A DNA stretch of 64,000 nucleotides from Nanobdellota archaeon (GTDB taxonomy: Archaea > Nanobdellota > Nanobdellia > Pacearchaeales > GW2011-AR1): NCBI GenBank assembly GCA_020430505.1, contig JAGQJT010000004.1, positions 576 to 64,575 on the forward strand, written 5' to 3'. The position numbers were made by a program, and so were the translations under genes. Of this stretch, positions 8,137 through 16,099 are shown in pieces (position 1 is the first letter of the stretch; the number at the start of each line of letters is the position of its first letter). The notes under the pieces are model-generated. The model did not search any database, had not been told where the DNA came from, and saw nothing but the letters and a program-made list of their open reading frames with translations.

Positions 8137-8835
8137 ATGGGAAAAAGAATAATTCAACAAGCTAGAGGAAAAGGAAGTTCAACTTACAGAGTTAGCAAGA
8201 AAGCTTTCAAATATAGATTGCAATATCCTCCAAGAATGATTGGAACTGCAAAAGTTTTGAAACTTGTTAATTCATCTGCGCATAGCGCACCATTGGCAAA
8301 AGTTCAATTTGAAAAACAAATCTTTTTCATTCCAGCATTTAACGGGATGGTTGAAGGACAGCAAATTCAACTTGGCGGAAAAGAAGTTCAAAAAGGAAAC
8401 ATTATGGCATTGAAAGATCTTCCAGTAAAAACAAGAATTTATTGCATTGAATCAAGACCTGGAGACGGTGGAAGATTCATAAAAACTGGAGGAAGTTTCG
8501 CGACAGTGAACAGAAAGATGGGACAGGAAGTTTTCATTTTAATGCCTTCAAAGAAAGAAAAGAAAATGAATGGAAATTGTAGAGCAATTGTTGGAGAAAT
8601 CGCTGGAAGTGGAAGGGTAGACAAACCTGTATTGAAAGCAGGAAAGAAACATCATATTAAAAAAGCTAAAAGTAAATTATGGCCTAGAACAAGTGCGTTG
8701 AAAGTTAATGCAATCGACCATCCTTTCGGTTCGGGTAGAGGAAAGAACCCTAAGAGTAAGATTGCAAAGAGAAACTCTCCTCCTGGTGCGAAGGTAGGAT
8801 TGTTAAGGCCAAGAAGAACAGGTAAAAGGAAATAA
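8137..8835 (+). CDS. rpl2: 50S ribosomal protein uL2
   Basis: MGKRIIQQARGKGS..., NAIDHPFGSGRGK; position in the cluster. Confidence 0.95.
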   Translation: MGKRIIQQARGKGSSTYRVSKKAFKYRLQYPPRMIGTAKVLKLVNSSAHSAPLAKVQFEKQIFFIPAFNGMVEGQQIQLGGKEVQKGNIMALKDLPVKTRIYCIESRPGDGGRFIKTGGSFATVNRKMGQEVFILMPSKKEKKMNGNCRAIVGEIAGSGRVDKPVLKAGKKHHIKKAKSKLWPRTSALKVNAIDHPFGSGRGKNPKSKIAKRNSPPGAKVGLLRPRRTGKRK

Positions 8836-8836
8836 C

Positions 8837-9142
8837 ATGGAAAAAAATAAATTTTATGATGATGGAAAAAGAAATTTGCTTTATTTGGGAATCACAAAGG
8901 ACATCCTTGAAGAAAAAAACATTCATAAATTCATTTATTATTCTCAATCTTCAGGAGAAGAAACAATGAATAAAATAGAAGTACCCTTAGGAAATATTTT
9001 TGAGAAAGACACAAAAGTGATTATAAATTGGAATAATGTTTTCACATCAATTTCAAGACCAAATGATATTGGCGATAAATTTAAAGAATTAAAAGAAATT
9101 TATGAAAATGCCTTAGAAAGAGAATTGGAGTTAACAAAATGA
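8837..9142 (+). CDS. orphan small ORF E (101 aa) inserted between rpl2 and rps19
   Basis: Starts 1 nt after the rpl2 stop. ATGA overlap with rps19 (9139-9142). Confidence 0.55.
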   Translation: MEKNKFYDDGKRNLLYLGITKDILEEKNIHKFIYYSQSSGEETMNKIEVPLGNIFEKDTKVIINWNNVFTSISRPNDIGDKFKELKEIYENALERELELTK

Positions 9143-9543
9143 CAGAAGTAGAAGTAAGAAAAAAAGAATTCAAATTCCGAGGAAAGACTCTTGAAGAGTT
9201 GAAAAAGTTAGATGTAAGAGAATTTGCAACTCTTTTGAGGTCAAGAGAAAGAAGAACTGTCTTAAGACAATTCCAAGACTTGGAAAATTTTGTTCAAAGA
9301 GCAAAATCAAAAGAGGGAAAGAACAAGAAAATAAGAACTCACAAGAGACATTTGGTAATAGTCCCAGAATTAGTTGGAATGAAAATGCAAGTTTACAATG
9401 GACGAGAATTTGTTAACTTCGAAGTAACTGGAGAAATGCTTGGACACAGATTCGGAGAATTCGCTCCAACTAGGGCAAGAATTAAACATACTAAAGCAGG
9501 TGTTGGAGCAACTAAAGGTTCCAAACACAAGAGTAAGAAATAA
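9139..9543 (+). CDS. rps19: 30S ribosomal protein uS19
   Basis: VYNGREFVNFEVTGEMLGHRFGEFAPTR. Confidence 0.95.
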   Translation: MTEVEVRKKEFKFRGKTLEELKKLDVREFATLLRSRERRTVLRQFQDLENFVQRAKSKEGKNKKIRTHKRHLVIVPELVGMKMQVYNGREFVNFEVTGEMLGHRFGEFAPTRARIKHTKAGVGATKGSKHKSKK

Positions 9544-9545
9544 AA

Positions 9546-10169
9546 ATGACAGAAAAACAATATGCTCCTTCAGCAACAGAAAAGAAAGTAGCTAAGAAAA
9601 CAAAAGCGGCAGCTAAACCAAAAGAAATTCCTAAAGTTGAAAACAAGAAGAAGGAAGAAAAACCTGAGGAGAAAAAGCCTGTTGAAGAAGCAAAGCCCAC
9701 TGAAGAAAAAAAACCAGAAGAGACTCCTAATAAAAAAGAAGAAAAGAAAAAGACAACTCCGAAAATAAAAAAGGACTATGCAGTTGTTAATGGAAAAAAT
9801 ATAAAAGCTTCAACAAAAGATTGCATAGCACTTTGTAGGTTCATAAAATACAAAAAAATCACAGATGCTATTGCTCAACTTGAAGAAGTTGCTCAAATAA
9901 GAAGAGCGGTACCAATGAAGGGAGAAATTCCTCATAGAAAGGGGAGAATAATGTCTGGAAGATTCCCAAAGAATGCCTCAAAAGAGTTCATAGTTTTATT
10001 GAAAAGCCTTCAAGGAAACGCAAACATGAATGATATCGAGGAACCAATCATAACAGAAGCAATGTCAAATCAAGCTTCAAGACCCTTCGGGAGATTTGGT
10101 TTGAAAAAGAAAAGAAGCCATGTTAAAATTGTGGCTAGAAATAAAGAAAAGATAAAAAAGAAAAAATAA
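9546..10169 (+). CDS. rpl22: 50S ribosomal protein uL22 with a ~75 aa Lys/Glu/Pro-rich N-terminal extension
   Basis: The core starts around YAVVNGKNIKASTKDCIALCRFI. The N-terminus is AKKTKAAAKPKEIPKVENKKKEEKPEEKKPVEEAKPTEEKKPEE. Confidence 0.9.
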   Translation: MTEKQYAPSATEKKVAKKTKAAAKPKEIPKVENKKKEEKPEEKKPVEEAKPTEEKKPEETPNKKEEKKKTTPKIKKDYAVVNGKNIKASTKDCIALCRFIKYKKITDAIAQLEEVAQIRRAVPMKGEIPHRKGRIMSGRFPKNASKEFIVLLKSLQGNANMNDIEEPIITEAMSNQASRPFGRFGLKKKRSHVKIVARNKEKIKKKK

Positions 10170-10170
10170 A

Positions 10171-10842
10171 ATGGAAGAAAGAAAAACAATCAAGTTCAAG
10201 AAAGACGAATTCTCCATGAGAGAAAGAGTAAAAAATGAAATTGGAAAAGGAAAAGTTTCCAAGGTTAAAATTGAATACACTCCTGTTGGAGAAAAAATAA
10301 CCATTTCAACTCACAAACCAGGATTAGTTATTGGTAGAGGAGGAGAAAAAATAAATGAATTAACAACTATTTTGAAAAAAGAATTTTCATTAGAAAATCC
10401 TCACATTGAAATTGATGAAATTTTATACCCCGAATTAGATGCCCAATTAGTTGCAGATGACATTGCATTAGGCCTGGAGAGATTCGGTCCTTTGAAATTC
10501 AAAGTGCTTGCATACAGAGCTCTTCAAAGAATTATGAAAGCTGGTGCGCTAGGAACAGAAATAAGATTAAGTGGAAAACTTCCCAGTTCAAGAGCAAGAA
10601 CATGGAGGTTCGCTCAAGGATATTTGAAAAAAACTGGAGACAGTGCAAAAGTTGTTGATAGAGCACAATCAACTGCACAAACAAAACCTGGAGTTGTGGG
10701 AATAAAAGTAAGTATCCTTAAACCAGATGCAGTTTTGAAAGATAGAATTAAAATTGACGAAAAATTATTGGAAAAGATTAAATCCAATATTGAAGAAATG
10801 GAAAATCCTATTAAAAAAACAAAGAAAAGGAGTAGCAAATGA
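10171..10842 (+). CDS. rps3: 30S ribosomal protein uS3
   Basis: KH-domain region ISTHKPGLVIGRGGEKI; position in the cluster. Confidence 0.95.
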   Translation: MEERKTIKFKKDEFSMRERVKNEIGKGKVSKVKIEYTPVGEKITISTHKPGLVIGRGGEKINELTTILKKEFSLENPHIEIDEILYPELDAQLVADDIALGLERFGPLKFKVLAYRALQRIMKAGALGTEIRLSGKLPSSRARTWRFAQGYLKKTGDSAKVVDRAQSTAQTKPGVVGIKVSILKPDAVLKDRIKIDEKLLEKIKSNIEEMENPIKKTKKRSSK

Positions 10843-11033
10843 AAATAAAAGAAATAAAGAACATGGGGCAACCAGAGAAAGAAAAAAAATTGAAAGAGCT
10901 AAAAGTGGAACTTTTAAAATCAAAAGCGGGAGCATCGAAAACAGGGAGCTCAAAAATAAAAGAAATAAAAAAAACAATAGCCAGAATAAAGACAATTCAA
11001 GTTTCAGAGAAAAAAATGGAGGAAAAAAAGTAA
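10839..11033 (+). CDS. rpl29: 50S ribosomal protein uL29
   Basis: 64 aa; KELKVELLKSKA...IKEIKKTIARI; ATGA coupling. Confidence 0.9.
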   Translation: MKIKEIKNMGQPEKEKKLKELKVELLKSKAGASKTGSSKIKEIKKTIARIKTIQVSEKKMEEKK

Positions 11034-11333
11034 ATGGAAATTTGCCCAAAGTGTGGATTGCCTGAGCAAGCGTGTGTATGTGAACAAATAACAAAAAGCA
11101 CTCAAAAAATAAATATAAAACAAGAAAAGAAAAGATATGGAAAAATAATGACAGTGATAACAGGATTCGACAAAGGAATAAATGTTAAAAAAATCGCTAA
11201 GGAACTAAAAAATGAACTTGCTTGCGGAGGAACATCCAAAGACGATTCAATAGAATTACAAGGAGATCATAGTAAAAAGATAAAGGAAATTTTAATTAAA
11301 TTAGGATTCGATGAAGAATCAATAAGTGAATAA
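11034..11333 (+). CDS. translation initiation factor SUI1 / aIF1
   Basis: N-terminal Zn knuckle [14 protein letters not shown] followed by the SUI1 fold ([13 protein letters not shown]...ELACGGT). Confidence 0.85.
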   Translation: MEICPKCGLPEQACVCEQITKSTQKINIKQEKKRYGKIMTVITGFDKGINVKKIAKELKNELACGGTSKDDSIELQGDHSKKIKEILIKLGFDEESISE

Positions 11334-11667
11334 AATGGCAAAAAAAACAACAACAGAAAAGATAGAATGCAACGATAGAGACTGCCCTATGCATGGAAGA
11401 CTCAAGACTAGAGGAAAAACTTTCAAAGGGTTTGTTATCTCAAAAGGTCAAAGAAGAGTTGCGATTGAATTCGAAAGAATGATTTATGTTAAAAAATATG
11501 AGAGATACACTCAATCAAAAGTAAAAATACATGCAAGATTACCTGATTGTTTGAGAAAGGATATCAATATTGGAGATTTCATAACTGTAAAGGAATGTAG
11601 GCCTCTAAGTAAGATTATCCATTTCGTGGTAGTAGGAAAATTAAAGGATGCGGAGGAAATCAAATGA
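11326..11667 (+). CDS. rps17: 30S ribosomal protein uS17 (likely true start ATG 11335)
   Basis: [20 protein letters not shown]...VKECRPLSK. Confidence 0.9.
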   Translation: MNKMAKKTTTEKIECNDRDCPMHGRLKTRGKTFKGFVISKGQRRVAIEFERMIYVKKYERYTQSKVKIHARLPDCLRKDINIGDFITVKECRPLSKIIHFVVVGKLKDAEEIK

Positions 11668-12065
11668 AAGCAGTAAGTGCTAGAGCGACAGCAGGAATAA
11701 ACCTTGGTGCAAAGATGATTGCAGCAGATAACAGTGGTGCAAAAATAGTGAGAGTTGTTTCAGTTAAAAGAGCTAAAGGAAAAAAAGCAAGACAAGTTTA
11801 TGGAAAAATTGGAGACCACGTTAAAGTGAGTGTTAAGAAAGGAATTCCGGATATGAAAGGAAAAGTTTTCGACGCTGTTTTAGTTAGACAGAAAAAACCT
11901 TGGAGAAGACTAACTGGAGAAAGGATTGCATTTGAAGACAATGCAGTAGCAATTTTAAAAGATGAAAAAGGAAATCCAAAAGGAACACAAATCAAAGGAC
12001 CAATTGCAAAGGAGATAATGGAGCGATGGCCATCAGTTGCCAAAATAGCTTCAAATGTATATTAA
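11664..12065 (+). CDS. rpl14: 50S ribosomal protein uL14
   Basis: ADNSGAKIVRVVSV...; position in the cluster. Confidence 0.95.
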   Translation: MKAVSARATAGINLGAKMIAADNSGAKIVRVVSVKRAKGKKARQVYGKIGDHVKVSVKKGIPDMKGKVFDAVLVRQKKPWRRLTGERIAFEDNAVAILKDEKGNPKGTQIKGPIAKEIMERWPSVAKIASNVY

Positions 12066-12474
12066 AATGAAAACGTTCAGCAAAAAATGGAAAGCGAGCA
12101 AGAATCCTTCGAAGAAAAGGAAATACGAAGCTAAAGCTCCATTGCATTTGAAAAGAAAATTGTTATCAGCAAACCTTTCAAAAGAATTAAGAAAAAAACA
12201 AGGAAGAAGAAACATTGAGCTTAAAAAAGACGATAAAGTGAAAATTATGAGGGGGAAGTACAAAGGAAAGACTGGAAAAGTTATAGAAATAAAGACGAAA
12301 CTCTTAAAAGTGTATATTGAAAATATTCAAGTAAAGAAGCTTGATGGTTCAAAGGCAAATGTTCCTATAAAACCTTCAAACTTGCAAATTATTGAATTAA
12401 ACACAGACGACAAAAGAAGATTCAAAAGATCTGAGACCAAAACCGAAGAAAAAACAAAGGAGAATAAAAAATGA
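12055..12474 (+). CDS. rpl24: 50S ribosomal protein uL24
   Basis: KOW motif KVKIMRGKYKGKTGKVIEI. Confidence 0.9.
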   Translation: MYIKMKTFSKKWKASKNPSKKRKYEAKAPLHLKRKLLSANLSKELRKKQGRRNIELKKDDKVKIMRGKYKGKTGKVIEIKTKLLKVYIENIQVKKLDGSKANVPIKPSNLQIIELNTDDKRRFKRSETKTEEKTKENKK

Positions 12475-13112
12475 GCCACTCAAAAATAAATGCAACACCA
12501 AAAACTTGGCCAATTCCAAGAAAAGGGAAAACTTTCATAGTAAATCCTAAATCAACAGGAATCCCGTTGATAGTTATCATGAGGGATATTTTGAATTTAG
12601 TTGGAACAAGAAAAGAACTTAAAAGGATAATTCATGAAAAAAACATAACAGTTTCAGGAAAAGAAGTTTATGATGAAAAGAAAAATATAGAACTTTTTGA
12701 CACGATTTCTCTTAAGCCTTTAAAGAAAAGTTACAGGTTGACTTTTGATGAAAAAGGAAAATACTCTTTAGAAGAAATAAAAGATTCTGACGCACTTTCA
12801 AAAATTTCAAAGATTGTTAATAAAAAAACTCTTAAGAAAAAGAAATCTCAGATTAACTTATTTGATGGAAGAAATTATTTGACTGACCAAAAGGTTTCTG
12901 TTAACGATTCTGTTTTAATCGATTTGAAAGGACATTCAATAAAGAAAGTTCTACCATTCAAAGAAAAAGCAAATGTCTTAGTTATTGGAGGAAAACACAC
13001 AGGTAAAATCGGAACTGTTGAAAAAATAAATAATGAACTAAAAATGGCAGAAATAAAGACTAAACAAGGAAAATTTAATGTTTTAATTAAACAACTTATG
13101 GTGACAGAATGA
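12471..13112 (+). CDS. rps4e: 30S ribosomal protein eS4
   Basis: WPIPRKGKTFIVNP...; position between L24 and L5. Confidence 0.9.
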   Translation: MSHSKINATPKTWPIPRKGKTFIVNPKSTGIPLIVIMRDILNLVGTRKELKRIIHEKNITVSGKEVYDEKKNIELFDTISLKPLKKSYRLTFDEKGKYSLEEIKDSDALSKISKIVNKKTLKKKKSQINLFDGRNYLTDQKVSVNDSVLIDLKGHSIKKVLPFKEKANVLVIGGKHTGKIGTVEKINNELKMAEIKTKQGKFNVLIKQLMVTE

Positions 13113-13609
13113 AAGATAATTTAATGAGAAAAGTAAAAATTGAGAAAGTCGTTCTTAGTGTTAGCGGAGTTAATGAATATCTTGAAAGAGGATTCAAACT
13201 TTTGAAATTTTTAACTAAAGAAAAACCTGCAAAGACTTTCGCGAGAAAAAGAATTCCTTCCTTGGGCGTTAGACCAGGATTAGAAATCGGAGCAGTAGTT
13301 ACTATAAGAAAAAACCCAGAAGAATTATTAAGAAAGCTTCTTGGAGCTATTGAAAATACTCTTAAGAAAAAGCAAATTAGTAACAATAACTTTTCATTTG
13401 GAATAAAAGAGTATATTGAAATTCCTGGACTTGAATACCAAAGAGATATCGGAATCATGGGATTGGATGTAACTGTAGTCTTCAAGAGAAGCGGTAGAAG
13501 AGTTGGATTGAGAAAGATCAAAAAAGGAAAAGTCCCTGAAAGACAAAGAATTCCAAAAGAAGAAATAATTAAATTTATGGAGGAGAACTTTAAAACAGTT
13601 TTCAAATAA
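13109..13609 (+). CDS. rpl5: 50S ribosomal protein uL5
   Basis: [28 protein letters not shown]. Confidence 0.95.
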   Translation: MKDNLMRKVKIEKVVLSVSGVNEYLERGFKLLKFLTKEKPAKTFARKRIPSLGVRPGLEIGAVVTIRKNPEELLRKLLGAIENTLKKKQISNNNFSFGIKEYIEIPGLEYQRDIGIMGLDVTVVFKRSGRRVGLRKIKKGKVPERQRIPKEEIIKFMEENFKTVFK

Positions 13610-13610
13610 G

Positions 13611-13841
13611 ATGACAGCAAGCGATTGGAAAAAAGTGTTTAAGCAACTTGATTCAAAGCCGGAGGTTAAGGAAAAATTCATAAAACATTGCAAACCAAAA
13701 GACAGAAAGATTGGAATTTCAGCAAAAAAATGTGAAAGATGCGGAAGGTTTGGAGCACACATAAAGACATACGGAATCAATCTTTGTAGACATTGTTTCA
13801 GAGAAGTAGCGGAGGAAATTGGATTTAAAAAATATAGTTAA
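13611..13841 (+). CDS. rps14: 30S ribosomal protein uS14 (zinc type)
   Basis: [25 protein letters not shown]. Confidence 0.9.
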   Translation: MTASDWKKVFKQLDSKPEVKEKFIKHCKPKDRKIGISAKKCERCGRFGAHIKTYGINLCRHCFREVAEEIGFKKYS

Positions 13842-13876
13842 AATGAAAGTCAAAATAAATTTCAGGAGGATAAAAA

Positions 13877-14257
13877 ATGTCGCATGATGTAGTAGCAGAT
13901 GCTCTAAACATGATTAGAAATGCCAAGAAAGCTGGCAAAGAGAACATAAAGATAAGCAGAATATCTAATTTGTTAATAGAAGTTCTTAAGATTATGAAGC
14001 AGAAAGGAGCCATAAAGAGATACAAAATTGATCCAAAAGAAAAATCTATCGATATAACTATTGGAGACTTAACAGAATGCAAATCAGTTAAACCTAGATT
14101 TAGTGCAAAACAAGATCAAGTTGAATCTTATAGAAGAAGGTATTTGCCTTCTAGAAATCTTGGAACTCTTATTATCTCAACAAACAAAGGCTTGATGACT
14201 CATGAAGAAGCTCAAGAAGAAAAAATAGGAGGAAGCATTATAGCTTATTTTTATTAA
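13877..14257 (+). CDS. rps8: 30S ribosomal protein uS8
   Basis: DVVADALNMIRNA...; aggagg SD 8 nt upstream. Confidence 0.95.
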   Translation: MSHDVVADALNMIRNAKKAGKENIKISRISNLLIEVLKIMKQKGAIKRYKIDPKEKSIDITIGDLTECKSVKPRFSAKQDQVESYRRRYLPSRNLGTLIISTNKGLMTHEEAQEEKIGGSIIAYFY

Positions 14258-14258
14258 A

Positions 14259-14801
14259 ATGAAAAAAGAATTTTTTAAAGAAGTTGAAATTCCAGAAGGA
14301 GTAGAAGTAAAAAAGGAAGACAACTTGGTCATTGTGAAAGGTCCTGAAGGAGAAAATAAGAAAAAAATGAATTTTGGAAAGCTAGAAGTTAACGTAGGTA
14401 AGGATAAAATAAAACTTGGAAGCAAGAAAGCCACTAAAAAAGAAAAGAAAATGACAAATACTTTAACAGCACATCTTAATAATTTAATTAAAGGAGTTCA
14501 AGAAAAATTCGAATACGAACTGAAGATTTGTTTTGGACACTTTCCTTTCACAGTAAAGATAGAAGGAAACCAAGCCATAGTCAAAAATTTCTTGGGAGAG
14601 AAAGTAGAAAGAAAAGTTAAATTGCCTCAAGGTGCAGAGGTTACAATTGACAAGGACATAATCAAGGTTACTTCATCTAACAAAGAATTAGCTGGGCAAA
14701 CCGCAGCAACATTAGAAAAATCTACTATTGTTAGGGGAAGAGATAAAAGAATTTTTCAAGATGGGATTTATATAACTAAAAAATGTGGAAAGGAAATTTA
14801 A
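14259..14801 (+). CDS. rpl6: 50S ribosomal protein uL6
   Basis: Position and size (180 aa); ...FPFTVKIEGNQAIVKNFLGEK. Confidence 0.9.
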   Translation: MKKEFFKEVEIPEGVEVKKEDNLVIVKGPEGENKKKMNFGKLEVNVGKDKIKLGSKKATKKEKKMTNTLTAHLNNLIKGVQEKFEYELKICFGHFPFTVKIEGNQAIVKNFLGEKVERKVKLPQGAEVTIDKDIIKVTSSNKELAGQTAATLEKSTIVRGRDKRIFQDGIYITKKCGKEI

Positions 14802-15171
14802 AATGAAGAAAAAATTTTTGAAGAGAGATACTGCAAGATTTTCTAAGTTTGGAAAGAGAAGAAAGAAATTGTTATCTTGGAGAAAACCAAAAGGAAGGGA
14901 TAACAAAATGAGAGAAATGAGAAGAGGATATCCTGCAATAGTGAAGATAGGCTACAAAAAAGAAGAACATGTTAAATCAAGAATGATAAACAATGTAAAT
15001 GACTTGAGCAAATTGCAAAAAGGGGAAGTTGCAATTCTTGGTGCCGTTGGTAAAAAGAAGAAATTGGAGATAATTAAAGAAGCAGAAAAAATGAAAATCA
15101 AAATGGAAAACGCAAATAACAAATCTTTTTTGAAGAAAAACGAAAAGAAGGAAGTGGAGGTTAAAAAATGA
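14785..15171 (+). CDS. rpl32e: 50S ribosomal protein eL32
   Basis: WRKPKGRDNKMR motif. Confidence 0.9.
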   Translation: MERKFKMKKKFLKRDTARFSKFGKRRKKLLSWRKPKGRDNKMREMRRGYPAIVKIGYKKEEHVKSRMINNVNDLSKLQKGEVAILGAVGKKKKLEIIKEAEKMKIKMENANNKSFLKKNEKKEVEVKK

Positions 15172-15575
15172 ATTTATCAAGAAAAAAAGCTTTAGCTGCA
15201 AGAACCCTTAGAGTTGGAAAAGAAAAGATTTCATTTGTTCAAGCAAGATTGAATGACATAAAAGAAGCAATAACTAAACAAGATATTCAACAATTAAAAG
15301 CAGAAGGAGCGATAGTTGTAAAAAATCCTTCCGGAAGAAGAAAGAATGCAAAAAAACATAACAAACGATCTACCGGAAACATAAAGAAAAAAGTAAAAAC
15401 AAGAAAGAAAGATTATGTAATAATGACTAGGAAGTTGAGAGCATTTTCATTGGAGCTCTTCAAACAAAACAGAATAAATAAAGAAGAATTGAAAGAAATA
15501 AGAAAAAAGATTAGAAACAGATACTTTAAAAGTAAATCCCATTTGAAATCTTATGTGGAGGTTTTGAAAAAATAA
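15168..15575 (+). CDS. rpl19e: 50S ribosomal protein eL19
   Basis: RKKALAARTLRVGKEKI; very basic. Confidence 0.9.
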   Translation: MNLSRKKALAARTLRVGKEKISFVQARLNDIKEAITKQDIQQLKAEGAIVVKNPSGRRKNAKKHNKRSTGNIKKKVKTRKKDYVIMTRKLRAFSLELFKQNRINKEELKEIRKKIRNRYFKSKSHLKSYVEVLKK

Positions 15576-15576
15576 T

Positions 15577-16098
15577 ATGAAAACTCAAAAGAAAAGAAGA
15601 ATTGAAAGAAAAACAGATTACAAAAGAAGAATGAATTTGCTTAAAGGAAACGTTCCTAGATTAGTTTTTAGAAGAACTAACACAAGATTGCTAGCACAAT
15701 ATGTCTCTAGCGAAGAAGCAAAAGACAAGATCATTTTCGGCGTGGATACAAAAGCATTAATGAACTATGGATGGCCAAAAGAATTTTCCGGAAGTTTAAA
15801 ATCAATTCCTGCCGCATATCTTCTAGGTTATTTGTCTGCTAAGAAAATAAATGATTCAAAACTAGAAATGCCTATAGTAGACTTGGGAATGATAAGAGTT
15901 TTACCAAAAACAAAAGTTTTTGGATTCCTAAAAGGACTTGTAGATGGCGGAGTAAAAACTACTGAAAAATCTGAAAAATTCCCTGAAGAAGAAAGAATTC
16001 AAGGAAAGAATTTAAAAGAAGATTTCTCAAAACACTTTAATGCAATTAAATCAAAAATTGAAAGCGCAGATCTTTCAAAAGTAAAATCAAAGAAATAA
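15577..16098 (+). CDS. rpl18: 50S ribosomal protein uL18
   Basis: RRIERKTDYKRRMNLLKGNVPRLVFRRTN. Confidence 0.9.
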   Translation: MKTQKKRRIERKTDYKRRMNLLKGNVPRLVFRRTNTRLLAQYVSSEEAKDKIIFGVDTKALMNYGWPKEFSGSLKSIPAAYLLGYLSAKKINDSKLEMPIVDLGMIRVLPKTKVFGFLKGLVDGGVKTTEKSEKFPEEERIQGKNLKEDFSKHFNAIKSKIESADLSKVKSKK

Positions 16099-16099
16099 A

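Noticed and set aside
5938-9142. The five inserted small ORFs as displaced known archaeal r-proteins (such as L7Ae or the small eL/eS proteins)
   Set aside because: They are acidic to neutral and lack the Lys/Arg-rich, zinc-ribbon or other motifs of small archaeal r-proteins that I can recall. The identification cannot be excluded without profile searches, so they are reported as orphan ORFs.
10754-11094. Track ORFs 10754..11065 (+) and 10765..11094 (-), plus the many 60-130 aa antisense ORFs inside ribosomal-protein and glycosyltransferase genes
   Set aside because: They are alternative-frame or antisense ORFs in AAG/AAA-rich coding sequence. In each case another frame encodes a recognisable conserved protein.
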